Origin: an uncultured Candidatus Saccharibacteria bacterium
GTDB lineage: Bacteria; Patescibacteriota; Saccharimonadia; Saccharimonadales; JALRHH01
NCBI GenBank assembly: GCA_964474995.1
Contig: CAYYUY010000006.1
Coordinates: forward strand, 1-58,443
Length of the DNA stretch: 58,443 nucleotides
Reading direction: 5' to 3'
Part shown: one piece after another, positions 29,140 to 39,318 of the stretch
How the letters are laid out: every line of letters begins with the position of its first letter
Numbering within the stretch: the first letter of the stretch is position 1
The notes under the pieces: model-generated
Seen by the model: only the letters and a program-made list of their open reading frames with translations
Told to the model about the DNA's origin: nothing
Database searches by the model: none
Program-made: the position numbers and the translations under genes

Positions 29140-31029
29140 ATGACAGCTCAAGAAATCCGAAACAAGTACATTCAGTTTTTTGCTGATCGCGGCCATGCGG
29201 TGATTCCACGTGCTCCGATTGCACTCAAAGACGACCCAACAACCTTATTCACGGGCTCTGGTATGCAACCAATGATTCCGTTCTTGCTGGGCGAGACGCA
29301 TCCTAAAGGCAACCGAATCGTAAATAGCCAGACGTGTCTCCGTGCACAAGATATTGAAGACATCGGTGACAACCGCCATACGACGTTTTTCGAAATGCTC
29401 GGTAACTGGAGTATGGGCGATTACTTCAAAAAGCAACAAGTGGAGTGGATGTTTGAATTTTTGGACACAGTCGTAGAGCTTGATATGAGCAAACTATATG
29501 TCACGTGTTTTATTGGTGCGCCCGAATATGACATCCCAAAAGACACCGAGGCTGCCGCTGTTTGGAAAGATTTGTTTACCGCTAAGGGTCTGTCGACTGG
29601 CGAAGCCGATATGGGCTCAGAAGCCAATGGTTACGCCCGTGGCATGAAAGACGGCGAACGTATTTTCTACTATGACGGCAGCAAAAACTGGTGGAGTCGT
29701 AATGGCGGCCCCGAAACAACGCCAGTTGGTGATCCATGTGGTCCTGATAGTGAAATGTTCTATGACTTTGAAACGCCACATGATACAAGCTTTGGTGAAC
29801 ACTGTCATCCGAACTGTGACTGTGGTCGCTTCATGGAAATCGGCAACAACGTCTTCATGGCCTACAAGAAAGTCAGTGAAGGCAAGTTCGAAGCCCTCGA
29901 AAAGCCAAACATTGACCATGGTTCTGGACTTGAACGCATTGCTGCTGCCAAGATCAATAACCCCGACGTCTTCAAGATCAGCCTGATGTGGCCAATTATT
30001 GAACAGTTACAGACTATCTCTGGCAAAAAGTACGAAAGCCACACCGAAAGTATGCGTGTGATCGCTGATCACCTTCGTGCGGCAACTTTCTTGGCTGTCG
30101 ACGGCGTAATCCCAAACAACAAAGAGCAGGGCTACGTCATGCGACGACTTTTGCGCCGTGCAATTCGGTACGCCTTTGACCTCGGGGTTGAGCAGAACTT
30201 TTTGGAGCAAGTAGTGCCAGTGATCGCTGATTTGTACGCAGATGATTACCCAGAAGTCGTGAAAAGTCGTGAAAAGATCATCGAAATCTTGGTCAAAGAA
30301 GAGAAAGCCTTCCGCCAGACTATCCGAAAGGGAATCAAGGAACTCGAGAAGCTTAAATCAGAAACTCTGAGTGGTGAAACATTATTCAAACTTTACGATA
30401 CATTTGGCTTTCCAGTAGAGCTGAGCATCGAGGAGGCCTACAAACAAGACATTCCAGTTCCAGCTGATTGGCGTGAAAAGTTTGATCAGCATATGGCTGA
30501 GCAACGGGCTCGCAGCCAAACTGCCGCCAAAGGTACCTTCAAGGGTGGCCTCGGTGGTCAGACGCTCCAACACAAGAAATACCACACTGCCACGCACTTG
30601 ATGTATCAGGCACTCCGTACGGTGCTCGGTGATCACGTTGTCCAGCACGGTAGCAATATTACCGAGGAACGACTGCGTTTTGACTTCAGCCACCCAGAAA
30701 AAGTAACACCTGAGCAACTCAAGCAAGTCGAAGACATCGTCAATGAGCAAATTAGCAAAGATCTCAAAGTTAGCTACGCTGAATACCCAACACAAGTAGC
30801 CCGAGAAGACATGGGTGCACTCGGCGCCTTCGGTGATCGTTATGGCGATACCGTCAAAGTCTACAAAATGATTGCGGACGGCACCGATAAGCCATTTAGT
30901 TTCGAAATATGTGGTGGCCCACACGTTGACCACACCCTAGAACTGTTTGATGACAACAAGCGCTTCAAGATTCTCAAGGAAGAGTCCTCAAGCGCAGGCA
31001 TTCGACGTATAAAAGCCGTTTTGCAGTAA
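29140..31029 (+). CDS. alaS: Alanyl-tRNA synthetase, short form (629 aa) ending after the editing domain
   Basis: N-terminal IRNKYIQFFADRGH and HTTFFEMLGNWSMGDYFK. Editing-domain HTATHL and CGGPHV. No C-Ala domain. Confidence 0.9.
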   Translation: MTAQEIRNKYIQFFADRGHAVIPRAPIALKDDPTTLFTGSGMQPMIPFLLGETHPKGNRIVNSQTCLRAQDIEDIGDNRHTTFFEMLGNWSMGDYFKKQQVEWMFEFLDTVVELDMSKLYVTCFIGAPEYDIPKDTEAAAVWKDLFTAKGLSTGEADMGSEANGYARGMKDGERIFYYDGSKNWWSRNGGPETTPVGDPCGPDSEMFYDFETPHDTSFGEHCHPNCDCGRFMEIGNNVFMAYKKVSEGKFEALEKPNIDHGSGLERIAAAKINNPDVFKISLMWPIIEQLQTISGKKYESHTESMRVIADHLRAATFLAVDGVIPNNKEQGYVMRRLLRRAIRYAFDLGVEQNFLEQVVPVIADLYADDYPEVVKSREKIIEILVKEEKAFRQTIRKGIKELEKLKSETLSGETLFKLYDTFGFPVELSIEEAYKQDIPVPADWREKFDQHMAEQRARSQTAAKGTFKGGLGGQTLQHKKYHTATHLMYQALRTVLGDHVVQHGSNITEERLRFDFSHPEKVTPEQLKQVEDIVNEQISKDLKVSYAEYPTQVAREDMGALGAFGDRYGDTVKVYKMIADGTDKPFSFEICGGPHVDHTLELFDDNKRFKILKEESSSAGIRRIKAVLQ

Positions 31030-31174
31030 AACTCCACCCCTGTAGCCACACCTTACAAAAAATATCCTTCAAAATTGTAAGAAATTCCGCTTGAAATAAT
31101 CTGACATTGGCTTTAAGATTACGCTAATTAAAGATATAAGTGTTTAAAACACACATACGAAAAAAGGAACTGAA

Positions 31175-31411
31175 ATGACGTACTCGATATTCGAGGGCGA
31201 ACGACCCGTATTGGTAATTAACCCTGACTGCCCAGATGCTGAGACTAAGAAGCGTGCCGTGTTTGCGGGAAGGCTTTTGACAACAGAAATGGACACACCG
31301 GCCTCATTTGAGCCACATAACTTTGAGCCAGTTGAGATTCCACTTGCTGCTGGGACAACTCCGGATGCTGTTGCGCATATTATGAATCTCGCAGGAGTTG
31401 AGCGTCTCTAA
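31175..31411 (+). CDS. Hypothetical protein (78 aa)
   Basis: ORF with AAGGA 7 nt upstream. Confidence 0.5.
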   Translation: MTYSIFEGERPVLVINPDCPDAETKKRAVFAGRLLTTEMDTPASFEPHNFEPVEIPLAAGTTPDAVAHIMNLAGVERL

Positions 31412-31462
31412 CGCTTTTTCATCGGTGGTGAGCCAAGGTAGCTGTGCTAAAATAAAGCGTAT

Positions 31463-32743
31463 ATGCTTGATAAATTAAAAGGCCTCACGACGCTTAAGGG
31501 TAAGCGTGACACCGACCAATATATTGTCGGTCTTGATATTGGTACCGAAAACGTCAAAGCACTGGTTGCTCGTATTGCCGGTGATGAACTCGAGATCGTT
31601 GGCGTTGGCCGTGCGCACCAGTCACTCAGCGACATGCAGGCTGGTGCTATCTCTGATATATCCGGTGTCGTCAAGAACTGTGATGCTGCCCTAGCGCAGG
31701 CCGAAACACAAGCTGGCGTCAGTGTCAGAACCGCAATCATCGGTATTGCCGGTGAGCTAGTTAAGGGCACGACTACCACCGTTCGTTGTTCTCGTAAAAA
31801 CCCAAGCAAGCCACTTGATCTGGCTGAAGTCGAAAAGATCATTGGACTCGTACAGGCCAGGGCAGAAGACCGCGCACGCAAACAGCTAGCATGGGAAATG
31901 GGCGGCAAAGAAGTTCAGATACGACTAGTCAACAGTGCACTTGTTGGTATTGAGATTGATGGTTATGCAGTTACGAACCCCGTCGGGTTCCAAGGCAAAG
32001 AAGTTCTGGTACAGCTCTATACCGCCTTCGCACCCATGATTCACATCGGAGCACTTGAACGAACAGCGCAGGAGCTCGATCTTGATCTACTGGCTGTTGC
32101 AGCCGAACCATTTGCAGTTTCAAGGTCAGTCATCGGAAACGATAGCAATAATAATCTTAGTGCAATCTTGATGGACGTCGGTGGTGGTACAACAGACATC
32201 GCCGTTATTCATGAAGGTGGCGTTCAAGGTACTAAAATGTTCGGTATTGGTGGTCGCGCCTATACCAAGTCAATCGAAAAAGAACTTGGCATCGACTTTG
32301 ACCGAGCCGAAGAGGTCAAGCTAGCCCTCGGCACCAACCGAATTCCTGCGAACAAAACCGCAACCGTTGAACGTGCCCTTGGAAAAACACTTGATGTGTG
32401 GGCCAGCGGTGTTGAGCTAGCGCTTGCTGAGTTTACACAGCTCGATCACCTCCCAAGTAATGTGTTGCTTTGTGGTGGTGGTTCTAGCCTCGATCTACTG
32501 ACCGAGCGTCTTGAACGGTCTGATTGGTATCGTAAATTACCATTTACACGTCGCCCAACGGTCCATCACATTAAGCCCGGCCAGGTTGCCGGTATTACTG
32601 ACAAAACCGGTGATGTATCCGACCACACCTTTATTACAGCTATGGGGTTACTACGTGTGGGTCTGGACACGATTCAGCAGCAAGATGCTGGCCGTTCATC
32701 AGGCTCCCTTAAGGAACGAATAGATAGGATGCTAAAGATATGA
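31463..32743 (+). CDS. ftsA: Cell division protein FtsA (actin-like ATPase)
   Basis: Phosphate-binding motifs GLDIGTENVK and DVGGGTTDIAV. Confidence 0.85.
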   Translation: MLDKLKGLTTLKGKRDTDQYIVGLDIGTENVKALVARIAGDELEIVGVGRAHQSLSDMQAGAISDISGVVKNCDAALAQAETQAGVSVRTAIIGIAGELVKGTTTTVRCSRKNPSKPLDLAEVEKIIGLVQARAEDRARKQLAWEMGGKEVQIRLVNSALVGIEIDGYAVTNPVGFQGKEVLVQLYTAFAPMIHIGALERTAQELDLDLLAVAAEPFAVSRSVIGNDSNNNLSAILMDVGGGTTDIAVIHEGGVQGTKMFGIGGRAYTKSIEKELGIDFDRAEEVKLALGTNRIPANKTATVERALGKTLDVWASGVELALAEFTQLDHLPSNVLLCGGGSSLDLLTERLERSDWYRKLPFTRRPTVHHIKPGQVAGITDKTGDVSDHTFITAMGLLRVGLDTIQQQDAGRSSGSLKERIDRMLKI

Positions 32744-34443
32744 GTTCCACTACCGGCCAAGCCAAAGACGTTATTTATATTGATGTCGACGAAGATATCA
32801 CTGGCATTATCGGCAAATTACAAGACAGTTCAGGCAAGATTGTTGCATTGGTACTGCCCAAGCGTGCAGCCGTTCTGCAAAGTATTGTCAACTTGAAGCT
32901 TCTCAAGCGGACTGCAGACGAAACCAAAAAGAACTTGGTGCTTATTACATCTGAGTCAGCGCTATTGCCACTTGCGGGTGCTGTTGGTGTGCATGTTGCC
33001 AAGACCTTGCAGTCAAAGCCATCAATTCCTGCTGCACCAAAATCATTTGAAGATACGGTAGAAGTCGATGAATCAGATGCAATCGGTAATGATGACAATG
33101 AAGTCGATGTATCGAAACCGGTTGGTGAGCTCGCTGGGCTGCCACCTAAAGATGATGACGAAACGATCGATATTGATAATGATGACGAAGATTTGCCCGC
33201 TACCACCGTCCCCACAAAAGCCAAAAAACCAAAACTAAATAACAAGCTCAAGGTGCCGAACTTTGATGCATTTCGTACACGTTTAATCATTGGGGTTGCT
33301 GCACTGGTGCTCTTGATTGTTGGTTGGTTCGTTGCATTCCGTGTACTACCAACCGCACATATAGTTATCAAGACTGACAACTCAACCGTTACGAGTGATA
33401 TGACGATTACTGCTTCACCAAAGGCCAAAACGCTCAGCGAGGCTGATCAAACGGTGCCTGCCGAAGCTAAGCAGCTCAAGAAGTCTGACAGCCAAAACGT
33501 CCCAACTACTGGTCAGAAAGATGTTGGCACAAAGGCAACGGGTAACGTAACGTTGACACTGGCTGATTGTGCGCAGCCACAAGTAACAGTTCCAGCCGGA
33601 ACAGCCGTTAGTTCTGGCGGGCTCAACCTAATTACACAAGTTGATGTGACACTGCAGAGTGTTCGCATCGGTACGACCTGTCGCAATAGCGACTTCCCGC
33701 AGGTTTCGACGGGCAAAGTGAAAGTTGAGGCTCAGAACGCAGGAGATCAATATAACTTAAGTGCTCGGAACTACACCGTTACCGGCTTTAGTAATGTTTC
33801 TGCCGCTGGTACTGCCATGGCTGGTGGTACCAGTAAAGTTATTAAGATTGTGAGCCAAGCAGATATAGACGGTGCTAAACAGAAGATGCTCGAAGCCGAC
33901 AATGCCGCCGTCAACCAAGAAATCAGTGACCAGCTGAAAGCGGATGGATATATACCAATTGTTGAAACCATATCAGCTAGTAATACGGTTGTGACTGCGA
34001 CACCAAATGTCGGCGAAGAATCTGACCAAGTAGCTGTATCGGTCACCACAACTTACGAGATGATCGGAGCCAAGAAAGACGACGTCAAAACACTGCTCGA
34101 AGCTGATATTAAGAAGCACATCGATACATCCAAGCAGAACATTCTTGATAACGGACTCGATAAAGCAGTACTCCATGCAACCGAGAACAAGCTGGCCAAT
34201 GGCAACTATAGATTTACCCTCCAGACGACCGCCGAGGTTGGTGTCCAGCAGGACGCAAACGCAATAAAGAAAGCTATTGCTGGCAAAAAGAAGGGTGAGG
34301 TTCAGGCCTATATTTCAGCTCGACCAGGTGTCAAGGACGTACAAGTTAGTTACAGCCCATTCTGGATATACCGTACGACCAAATCGACCAACAAAATAAC
34401 CATCACATTCCAGCAAGCAAATGGCAACACCAGCAATAAATAA
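32740..34443 (+). CDS. Bitopic membrane protein translationally coupled to ftsA
   Basis: ATGA overlap with ftsA. Cytoplasmic N-domain, acidic linker, one TM (LIIGVAALVLLIVGWFVAF), roughly 370-aa ectodomain. Confidence 0.8.
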   Translation: MSSTTGQAKDVIYIDVDEDITGIIGKLQDSSGKIVALVLPKRAAVLQSIVNLKLLKRTADETKKNLVLITSESALLPLAGAVGVHVAKTLQSKPSIPAAPKSFEDTVEVDESDAIGNDDNEVDVSKPVGELAGLPPKDDDETIDIDNDDEDLPATTVPTKAKKPKLNNKLKVPNFDAFRTRLIIGVAALVLLIVGWFVAFRVLPTAHIVIKTDNSTVTSDMTITASPKAKTLSEADQTVPAEAKQLKKSDSQNVPTTGQKDVGTKATGNVTLTLADCAQPQVTVPAGTAVSSGGLNLITQVDVTLQSVRIGTTCRNSDFPQVSTGKVKVEAQNAGDQYNLSARNYTVTGFSNVSAAGTAMAGGTSKVIKIVSQADIDGAKQKMLEADNAAVNQEISDQLKADGYIPIVETISASNTVVTATPNVGEESDQVAVSVTTTYEMIGAKKDDVKTLLEADIKKHIDTSKQNILDNGLDKAVLHATENKLANGNYRFTLQTTAEVGVQQDANAIKKAIAGKKKGEVQAYISARPGVKDVQVSYSPFWIYRTTKSTNKITITFQQANGNTSNK

Positions 34444-34843
34444 CATCCTTAGTCTTGATGTTGGTGAGCGTCGCATCGGTGTGGCTGCTGCCAATACAAT
34501 TGCGCGTTTGCCGCGTCCGGTGGCCACAGTACTCAATGATGAACATCTTTGGGACAACCTGGCAGCCATTATAAAAAATGAGCAGATTGATCATATTGTT
34601 GTAGGCTTACCGCGCAATATGAGTGGTCAACTGACCGCACAGAGCCAATCAATACGGTTGTTTATGGCTGAATTTGGGCAACATTTCGCACTGCCGGTTA
34701 CTGAGCAAGATGAGACACTAACGTCACGCCAGGCAGAAGCGGAGCTCGAAGCTCGCGGCCGTCAGTTCAACAAAGCCGACATTGACGCGCTTGCTGCTGT
34801 CTATATACTTGAAGATTATTTACAGACAAAGGGAAATGCATAA
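34421..34843 (+). CDS. ruvX: Holliday junction resolvase-like protein RuvX/YqgF
   Basis: LSLDVGERRIGVA motif, 140 aa. Confidence 0.88.
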   Translation: MATPAINNILSLDVGERRIGVAAANTIARLPRPVATVLNDEHLWDNLAAIIKNEQIDHIVVGLPRNMSGQLTAQSQSIRLFMAEFGQHFALPVTEQDETLTSRQAEAELEARGRQFNKADIDALAAVYILEDYLQTKGNA

Positions 34844-35892
34844 TGGGACGATACTCGGTACACAAGAATGGCAGCGCACTACGCAGGGTGGTGCTGACGG
34901 GCACGTTAATTGTACTGACTGTCGTAATTGTGGGTGTCGCTTTGGTTCGTCAGCGATATGTAGAGAATATTAAGCCCGTGAGTGATAGCTCCGTGAGCCA
35001 GCTCGTGACCGTAGAAACTGGTACCAGCGCCAAACAAATTGCCGCACAGCTCAAAAAGGCGGAGCTAATACGTGATGCAACAGTCTTTGAATGGTACGTT
35101 CGCAATCATGATGCACGAGATAAATTACAGGCCGGTTCATATTACATCCGCCCCAGCATGACAGTTCCCGAAATTGTGGGTATTTTGACACAAGGTAAGG
35201 TTGCGACTGACCTTTTGACCATTTTGCCAGGCAAGCGCATTGATCAGATTGAAAAAACGTTCATTAATGCCGGCTATTCGAAAGCCGAAGTTGACGCAGC
35301 ATTCAACCCGGATCTATATAAAGATTCACCAGCTCTTTCTGATAAGCCAGCAGGTGCGAGTCTCGAAGGTTATTTGGCACCAGAATCATATCAGATGAAC
35401 AAGAATACCAAGCCCGAAGAAATTGTTCGCGATGCGCTCGAACAAACCCAAAAAAATCTGACGCCGGCCATCCGTGCTGCCTTTGTAAAGCGCGGCCTGA
35501 CCGTACATCAAGGTGTCATATTGGCTTCAGTTGTTGAACGCGAAGTCAGCAAGGAATCAGATAAGCCAACAGTAGCTCAGGTATTTCTGAAGCGTTATGC
35601 CGAAGGCATGCAGTTGGGTTCTGATGTTACCGCTTTCTACGGGGCCATCATAAACGGCCAGGAGCCGACGGTAGGCTACGACACGCCTTACAACACTCGT
35701 ATTCACACCGGACTGCCTGCAGGACCTATCAGTAATGTCACCGCATCATCACTCAAGGCAGTCGCATTTCCAAGCAATACCGACTATGTCTACTTTGTAG
35801 CTGGTGACGACGGTACAACCTATTTCGCCCATACGTTGGCTGAACACGACGCCAATGTGAAAGCCTATTGTCACAAGCTCTGCGGTAATTAG
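34843..35892 (+). CDS. mltG: Endolytic murein transglycosylase MltG (YceG family)
   Basis: N-terminal TM, GSYYIRPSMTVPEI and YNTRIHTGLPAGPISN blocks. Confidence 0.88.
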   Translation: MGRYSVHKNGSALRRVVLTGTLIVLTVVIVGVALVRQRYVENIKPVSDSSVSQLVTVETGTSAKQIAAQLKKAELIRDATVFEWYVRNHDARDKLQAGSYYIRPSMTVPEIVGILTQGKVATDLLTILPGKRIDQIEKTFINAGYSKAEVDAAFNPDLYKDSPALSDKPAGASLEGYLAPESYQMNKNTKPEEIVRDALEQTQKNLTPAIRAAFVKRGLTVHQGVILASVVEREVSKESDKPTVAQVFLKRYAEGMQLGSDVTAFYGAIINGQEPTVGYDTPYNTRIHTGLPAGPISNVTASSLKAVAFPSNTDYVYFVAGDDGTTYFAHTLAEHDANVKAYCHKLCGN

Positions 35893-36101
35893 TTAAAACA
35901 GAGGTGACAACAGGGGTAGATAGGCGCCTAAAGCTTGTCTTTGACCGCCAAAATATGCTACAATTGCGTCCGCAACCTGTTAGGACGTCTATAGAGGTAT
36001 CGACGTACTGCAAGTTGCCATTTTACTGATATGCACTCTATAACTATCAAGATTGGTCGACTTTCTTGAAAATACAAAGTAAGAACCAGTAAATTGCTCG
36101 T

Positions 36102-37256
36102 GTGATCCCGGAAGGGTTTCACCAGGAGATAATCATTCGTACAACCTCGCATGTGCTACCACAACGTGTCGGCACAAAATCCAAGAGTAAATTCACCCGA
36201 CGATATTTTCGTCGCCTTTTCAAAAAATCTCAAAAGCGTATTATCCGATACGGTATTTTGACGGCTAACCTTGTACTACTCGTAGGCGTAGTACTATTTG
36301 TCGTGCAAAACCCAAATGCCAGTACCGCAGCTAGCCAGAATTCCCTATCAGATAATCAAGTTGCAGCTGATCCACTCGACCAGCTATCTTCTGCAGAGAT
36401 TGCCGTACACGTTGCCCAAATAACCAATATGGACGTTGAAGAGACGAGGGCTATCGTCAACGAAGCCGACAGTGCCAATGCGCTGCTATCTATGGCCGCT
36501 AGTAACGGTAATATCATCAGCAAGCCACAGGTTGTGAATACAGCTCTCAAATCTAATAAAGATATCCAGAAGTATACTGTTGCCGAAGGTGACACGCTCG
36601 CAAGCATCGCTGCTAAGTTTAGCGTTACCTCGGACAGCGTAAAGTGGTCGAACGGTATTACTGGTAGTGCCGTGACGCCTGGTAAGCAGCTACTAATATC
36701 ACCTATCAGTAACGGAATCGTGTATATCGTTAAGTCAGGTGACACTGCAGATACACTGGCGCAGAAATTCCACTCTAATAAAGATCAAATTGTTGCATAT
36801 AACGACGCTGAGCTTGCTGGCCTTAAGGTTGGCGAAGCAATTGTGATTCCTGACGGTACTATTGTAACGGCAGCAGTTGCTCGTGCTTCGTCATTCTCAT
36901 ACTCCGGTGGATGGAGTTCAGGCTTTGTACCAACCTATGGCGGCAATACCTACGCACGCGGCTACTGTACCTGGTATGTTGCCAGTGTGATCCAAGTACC
37001 AAACAACTGGGGCAACGCCAACACATGGGCGTATGGTGCGGCACGCAGTGGTTGGACAGTGAGCAAGACACCTATCCCTGGCGCGATTGCACAAACATCT
37101 GCAGGTTATGCAGGTCACGTGGGTGTCGTGAAGCAAGTTTCTGCCGATGGCAGCATGATTATATTCTCTGACATGAACGGTATCGCCGGCTTTGGCCGTG
37201 TCGGTACGAGTGGCTGGGTGCCAGCTTCACAATTTCAGAACTATCTCTACCGCTAA
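36102..37256 (+). CDS. Peptidoglycan hydrolase with two LysM domains and a C-terminal CHAP domain
   Basis: LysM: YTVAEGDTLASIAAKF and YIVKSGDTADTLAQKF. CHAP: GYCTWYVAS...GHVGVV. Basic N-terminus plus TM. The GTG start is uncertain. Confidence 0.85.
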   Translation: MIPEGFHQEIIIRTTSHVLPQRVGTKSKSKFTRRYFRRLFKKSQKRIIRYGILTANLVLLVGVVLFVVQNPNASTAASQNSLSDNQVAADPLDQLSSAEIAVHVAQITNMDVEETRAIVNEADSANALLSMAASNGNIISKPQVVNTALKSNKDIQKYTVAEGDTLASIAAKFSVTSDSVKWSNGITGSAVTPGKQLLISPISNGIVYIVKSGDTADTLAQKFHSNKDQIVAYNDAELAGLKVGEAIVIPDGTIVTAAVARASSFSYSGGWSSGFVPTYGGNTYARGYCTWYVASVIQVPNNWGNANTWAYGAARSGWTVSKTPIPGAIAQTSAGYAGHVGVVKQVSADGSMIIFSDMNGIAGFGRVGTSGWVPASQFQNYLYR

Positions 37257-37407
37257 CTTCAGATTTTCCGATACAGTGCAGTACTCGGTAGATCAATACG
37301 AGCATTGATCTACCTCTGTTCTTCTGTCATAGCTTCGCTTAAGACGTTTTTCTCGGAATGTTGAAGCGAGCTTCACATTCCTCCGTAAAACTGTTATAAT
37401 ATAAACA

Positions 37408-38682
37408 ATGTTTGTCGATAAAGTAACAGTGAGCGTGAAAGCCGGTGACGGCGGAAACGGCTATGTCAGCTTTCGAACCGAAAAATTCATTGATCATGGC
37501 GGCCCAGATGGTGGTGATGGTGGTGATGGTGGTTCGATTGTGTTTGTGGCAAGCCGAAATCAGAACACGCTTGCAGCGTTTCGCTACCAAAAAGAGCTGA
37601 CCGCTGAGCCAGGAAAAGCCGGCTTTAGTCAAAAGAAGCACGGCCGCAGTGCCCCTGATAAAATCATCAATGTTCCTGTTGGTACCATTGTGTATATGGA
37701 GGATGGCAGCCCTCTCGCAGATCTTTCCGAAGATGGTCAGCGGGCAATGATTGCTCGTGGCGGTAAAGGTGGCTTCGGCAATGCTCACTTTGTGTCATCT
37801 GTCCGTCAAGTACCTCGCGTCGCCGAAAAAGGTGAAGAGGGTGTGGCCTTTGAAGCAACTCTCGAACTTAAAATGATTGCTGACGTTGGCCTGGTTGGTC
37901 TTCCAAATGCTGGTAAATCGACGCTCCTTGCAAGTATCAGCAATGCTCGTCCAGAAATTGCCAACTATCCGTTCACGACACTCAAACCAAATCTTGGAAT
38001 GGTCAATATCGATAAAGAATCGGCACTATTATTCGCGGATATCCCAGGACTTATCGAAGGTGCGAGCCAGGGTAAAGGCCTTGGTGATGAGTTCTTGCGC
38101 CATGTTGAACGAACGCTGGTGCTACTGCACCTGATTGATATTTATGGTAATGACGTTGCTGCTGATTACAAAACGATTCACGGCGAACTCCAAGCTTACA
38201 AACTAGACCTCACCAAACGCCCCCAAATCATCGTGCTCAACAAAATCGACGGCTTGGACGATGATATCATCGCCGATAAGGTCAAAGACCTCCAAAAAGT
38301 GGTCCCTAAGGGCACCCATATCTTTACGATTTCGGCCAACTCCAAGTCTGGCGTCAAAGAGTTACTGTATGCCGTCCGAAAAATTGTCGACGGTGAACGT
38401 ACGCGTATCGCTGAAGCTGAACCAGATGAAGCACCCATTCCTGTTATTACGCTCAATAAGCCTGATAGCTGGCGCGTTTCGCAGCCCAAGAAGGGCACAT
38501 GGCTTGTCACTGGTACAAAAATTGAACGCTTTGCTGGCAAGACAGACTTTGAGAATCCACATGGTGTCGCACGTTTACGCGATATTATGCGCAAAATGGG
38601 AATCATGCATGAACTCGTTCGTCAGGGTATTGAGCCAAATGACACCATTCATATCGGGTCACGAGGCAGTCTCGAATATTGA
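37408..38682 (+). CDS. obg: GTPase Obg/CgtA
   Basis: MFVDKVTVSVKAGDGGNG Obg fold, G1 GLPNAGKST, G3 DIPG. Confidence 0.93.
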   Translation: MFVDKVTVSVKAGDGGNGYVSFRTEKFIDHGGPDGGDGGDGGSIVFVASRNQNTLAAFRYQKELTAEPGKAGFSQKKHGRSAPDKIINVPVGTIVYMEDGSPLADLSEDGQRAMIARGGKGGFGNAHFVSSVRQVPRVAEKGEEGVAFEATLELKMIADVGLVGLPNAGKSTLLASISNARPEIANYPFTTLKPNLGMVNIDKESALLFADIPGLIEGASQGKGLGDEFLRHVERTLVLLHLIDIYGNDVAADYKTIHGELQAYKLDLTKRPQIIVLNKIDGLDDDIIADKVKDLQKVVPKGTHIFTISANSKSGVKELLYAVRKIVDGERTRIAEAEPDEAPIPVITLNKPDSWRVSQPKKGTWLVTGTKIERFAGKTDFENPHGVARLRDIMRKMGIMHELVRQGIEPNDTIHIGSRGSLEY

Positions 38683-38714
38683 CATAACACACTACTTATG
38701 CTATTATAGTATTC

Positions 38715-39278
38715 ATGAATCCTACAGACACGATTGCCATTCATGAATTACTATCACAGCCTGAGATAGTAGCTGAGCAACTCAATGCTCTCGATGCATT
38801 GGCACCAATGTTTGATCAGCTAGTAAAATCTGGCCATACCAATCCTTCGGGTGCGGAGTTGACCATGGAACTCGAAGGTCAGCGTATGTTTGTAAGCCCT
38901 TTTTATAGGCAACATGAGCATATCTCAGTGCCTCAATTCTTGAAAGTCGTATCTGAGTCACCCCTCAACAACCCAGGTGAGAAGAGTACATTCTTCCTCG
39001 TTGGTAAGTCATTTGATGATAATGGTGAAACGTTGCCAGTGCGACACTGGGAGCTTACTGCAAAGCCTGGTGATAGCATAGCGCTTGATCCTGACAAGCA
39101 GGCTCGTGCAGAGCAACACTTTGCGCCATTTGCAGCACAGTGGCACAATCTTGATACACGCAAGCAGCAGGAATACCTTAGTAGTATGGCCAACCGTCAT
39201 GAAGTGCAGGTACCAAAGCGTACGCAGCTCAAAAGGATAGCAGCTCATCTTATCTCAAGGTCTGATAAACCTCGCTAG
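38715..39278 (+). CDS. Hypothetical protein (187 aa)
   Basis: ORF only. Confidence 0.6.
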   Translation: MNPTDTIAIHELLSQPEIVAEQLNALDALAPMFDQLVKSGHTNPSGAELTMELEGQRMFVSPFYRQHEHISVPQFLKVVSESPLNNPGEKSTFFLVGKSFDDNGETLPVRHWELTAKPGDSIALDPDKQARAEQHFAPFAAQWHNLDTRKQQEYLSSMANRHEVQVPKRTQLKRIAAHLISRSDKPR

Positions 39279-39318
39279 GACTAATTGGTTTTGAACAATG
39301 ATAGACTGGTAGTTACAT

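Noticed and set aside
30382-30933. 183-aa minus-strand ORF
   Set aside because: Antisense shadow of alaS.
32775-33428. 217-aa minus-strand ORF
   Set aside because: Antisense shadow of the ftsA-coupled membrane protein gene. Low-complexity Ser-rich translation.
37339-37788. 149-aa minus-strand ORF
   Set aside because: Antisense shadow of obg.
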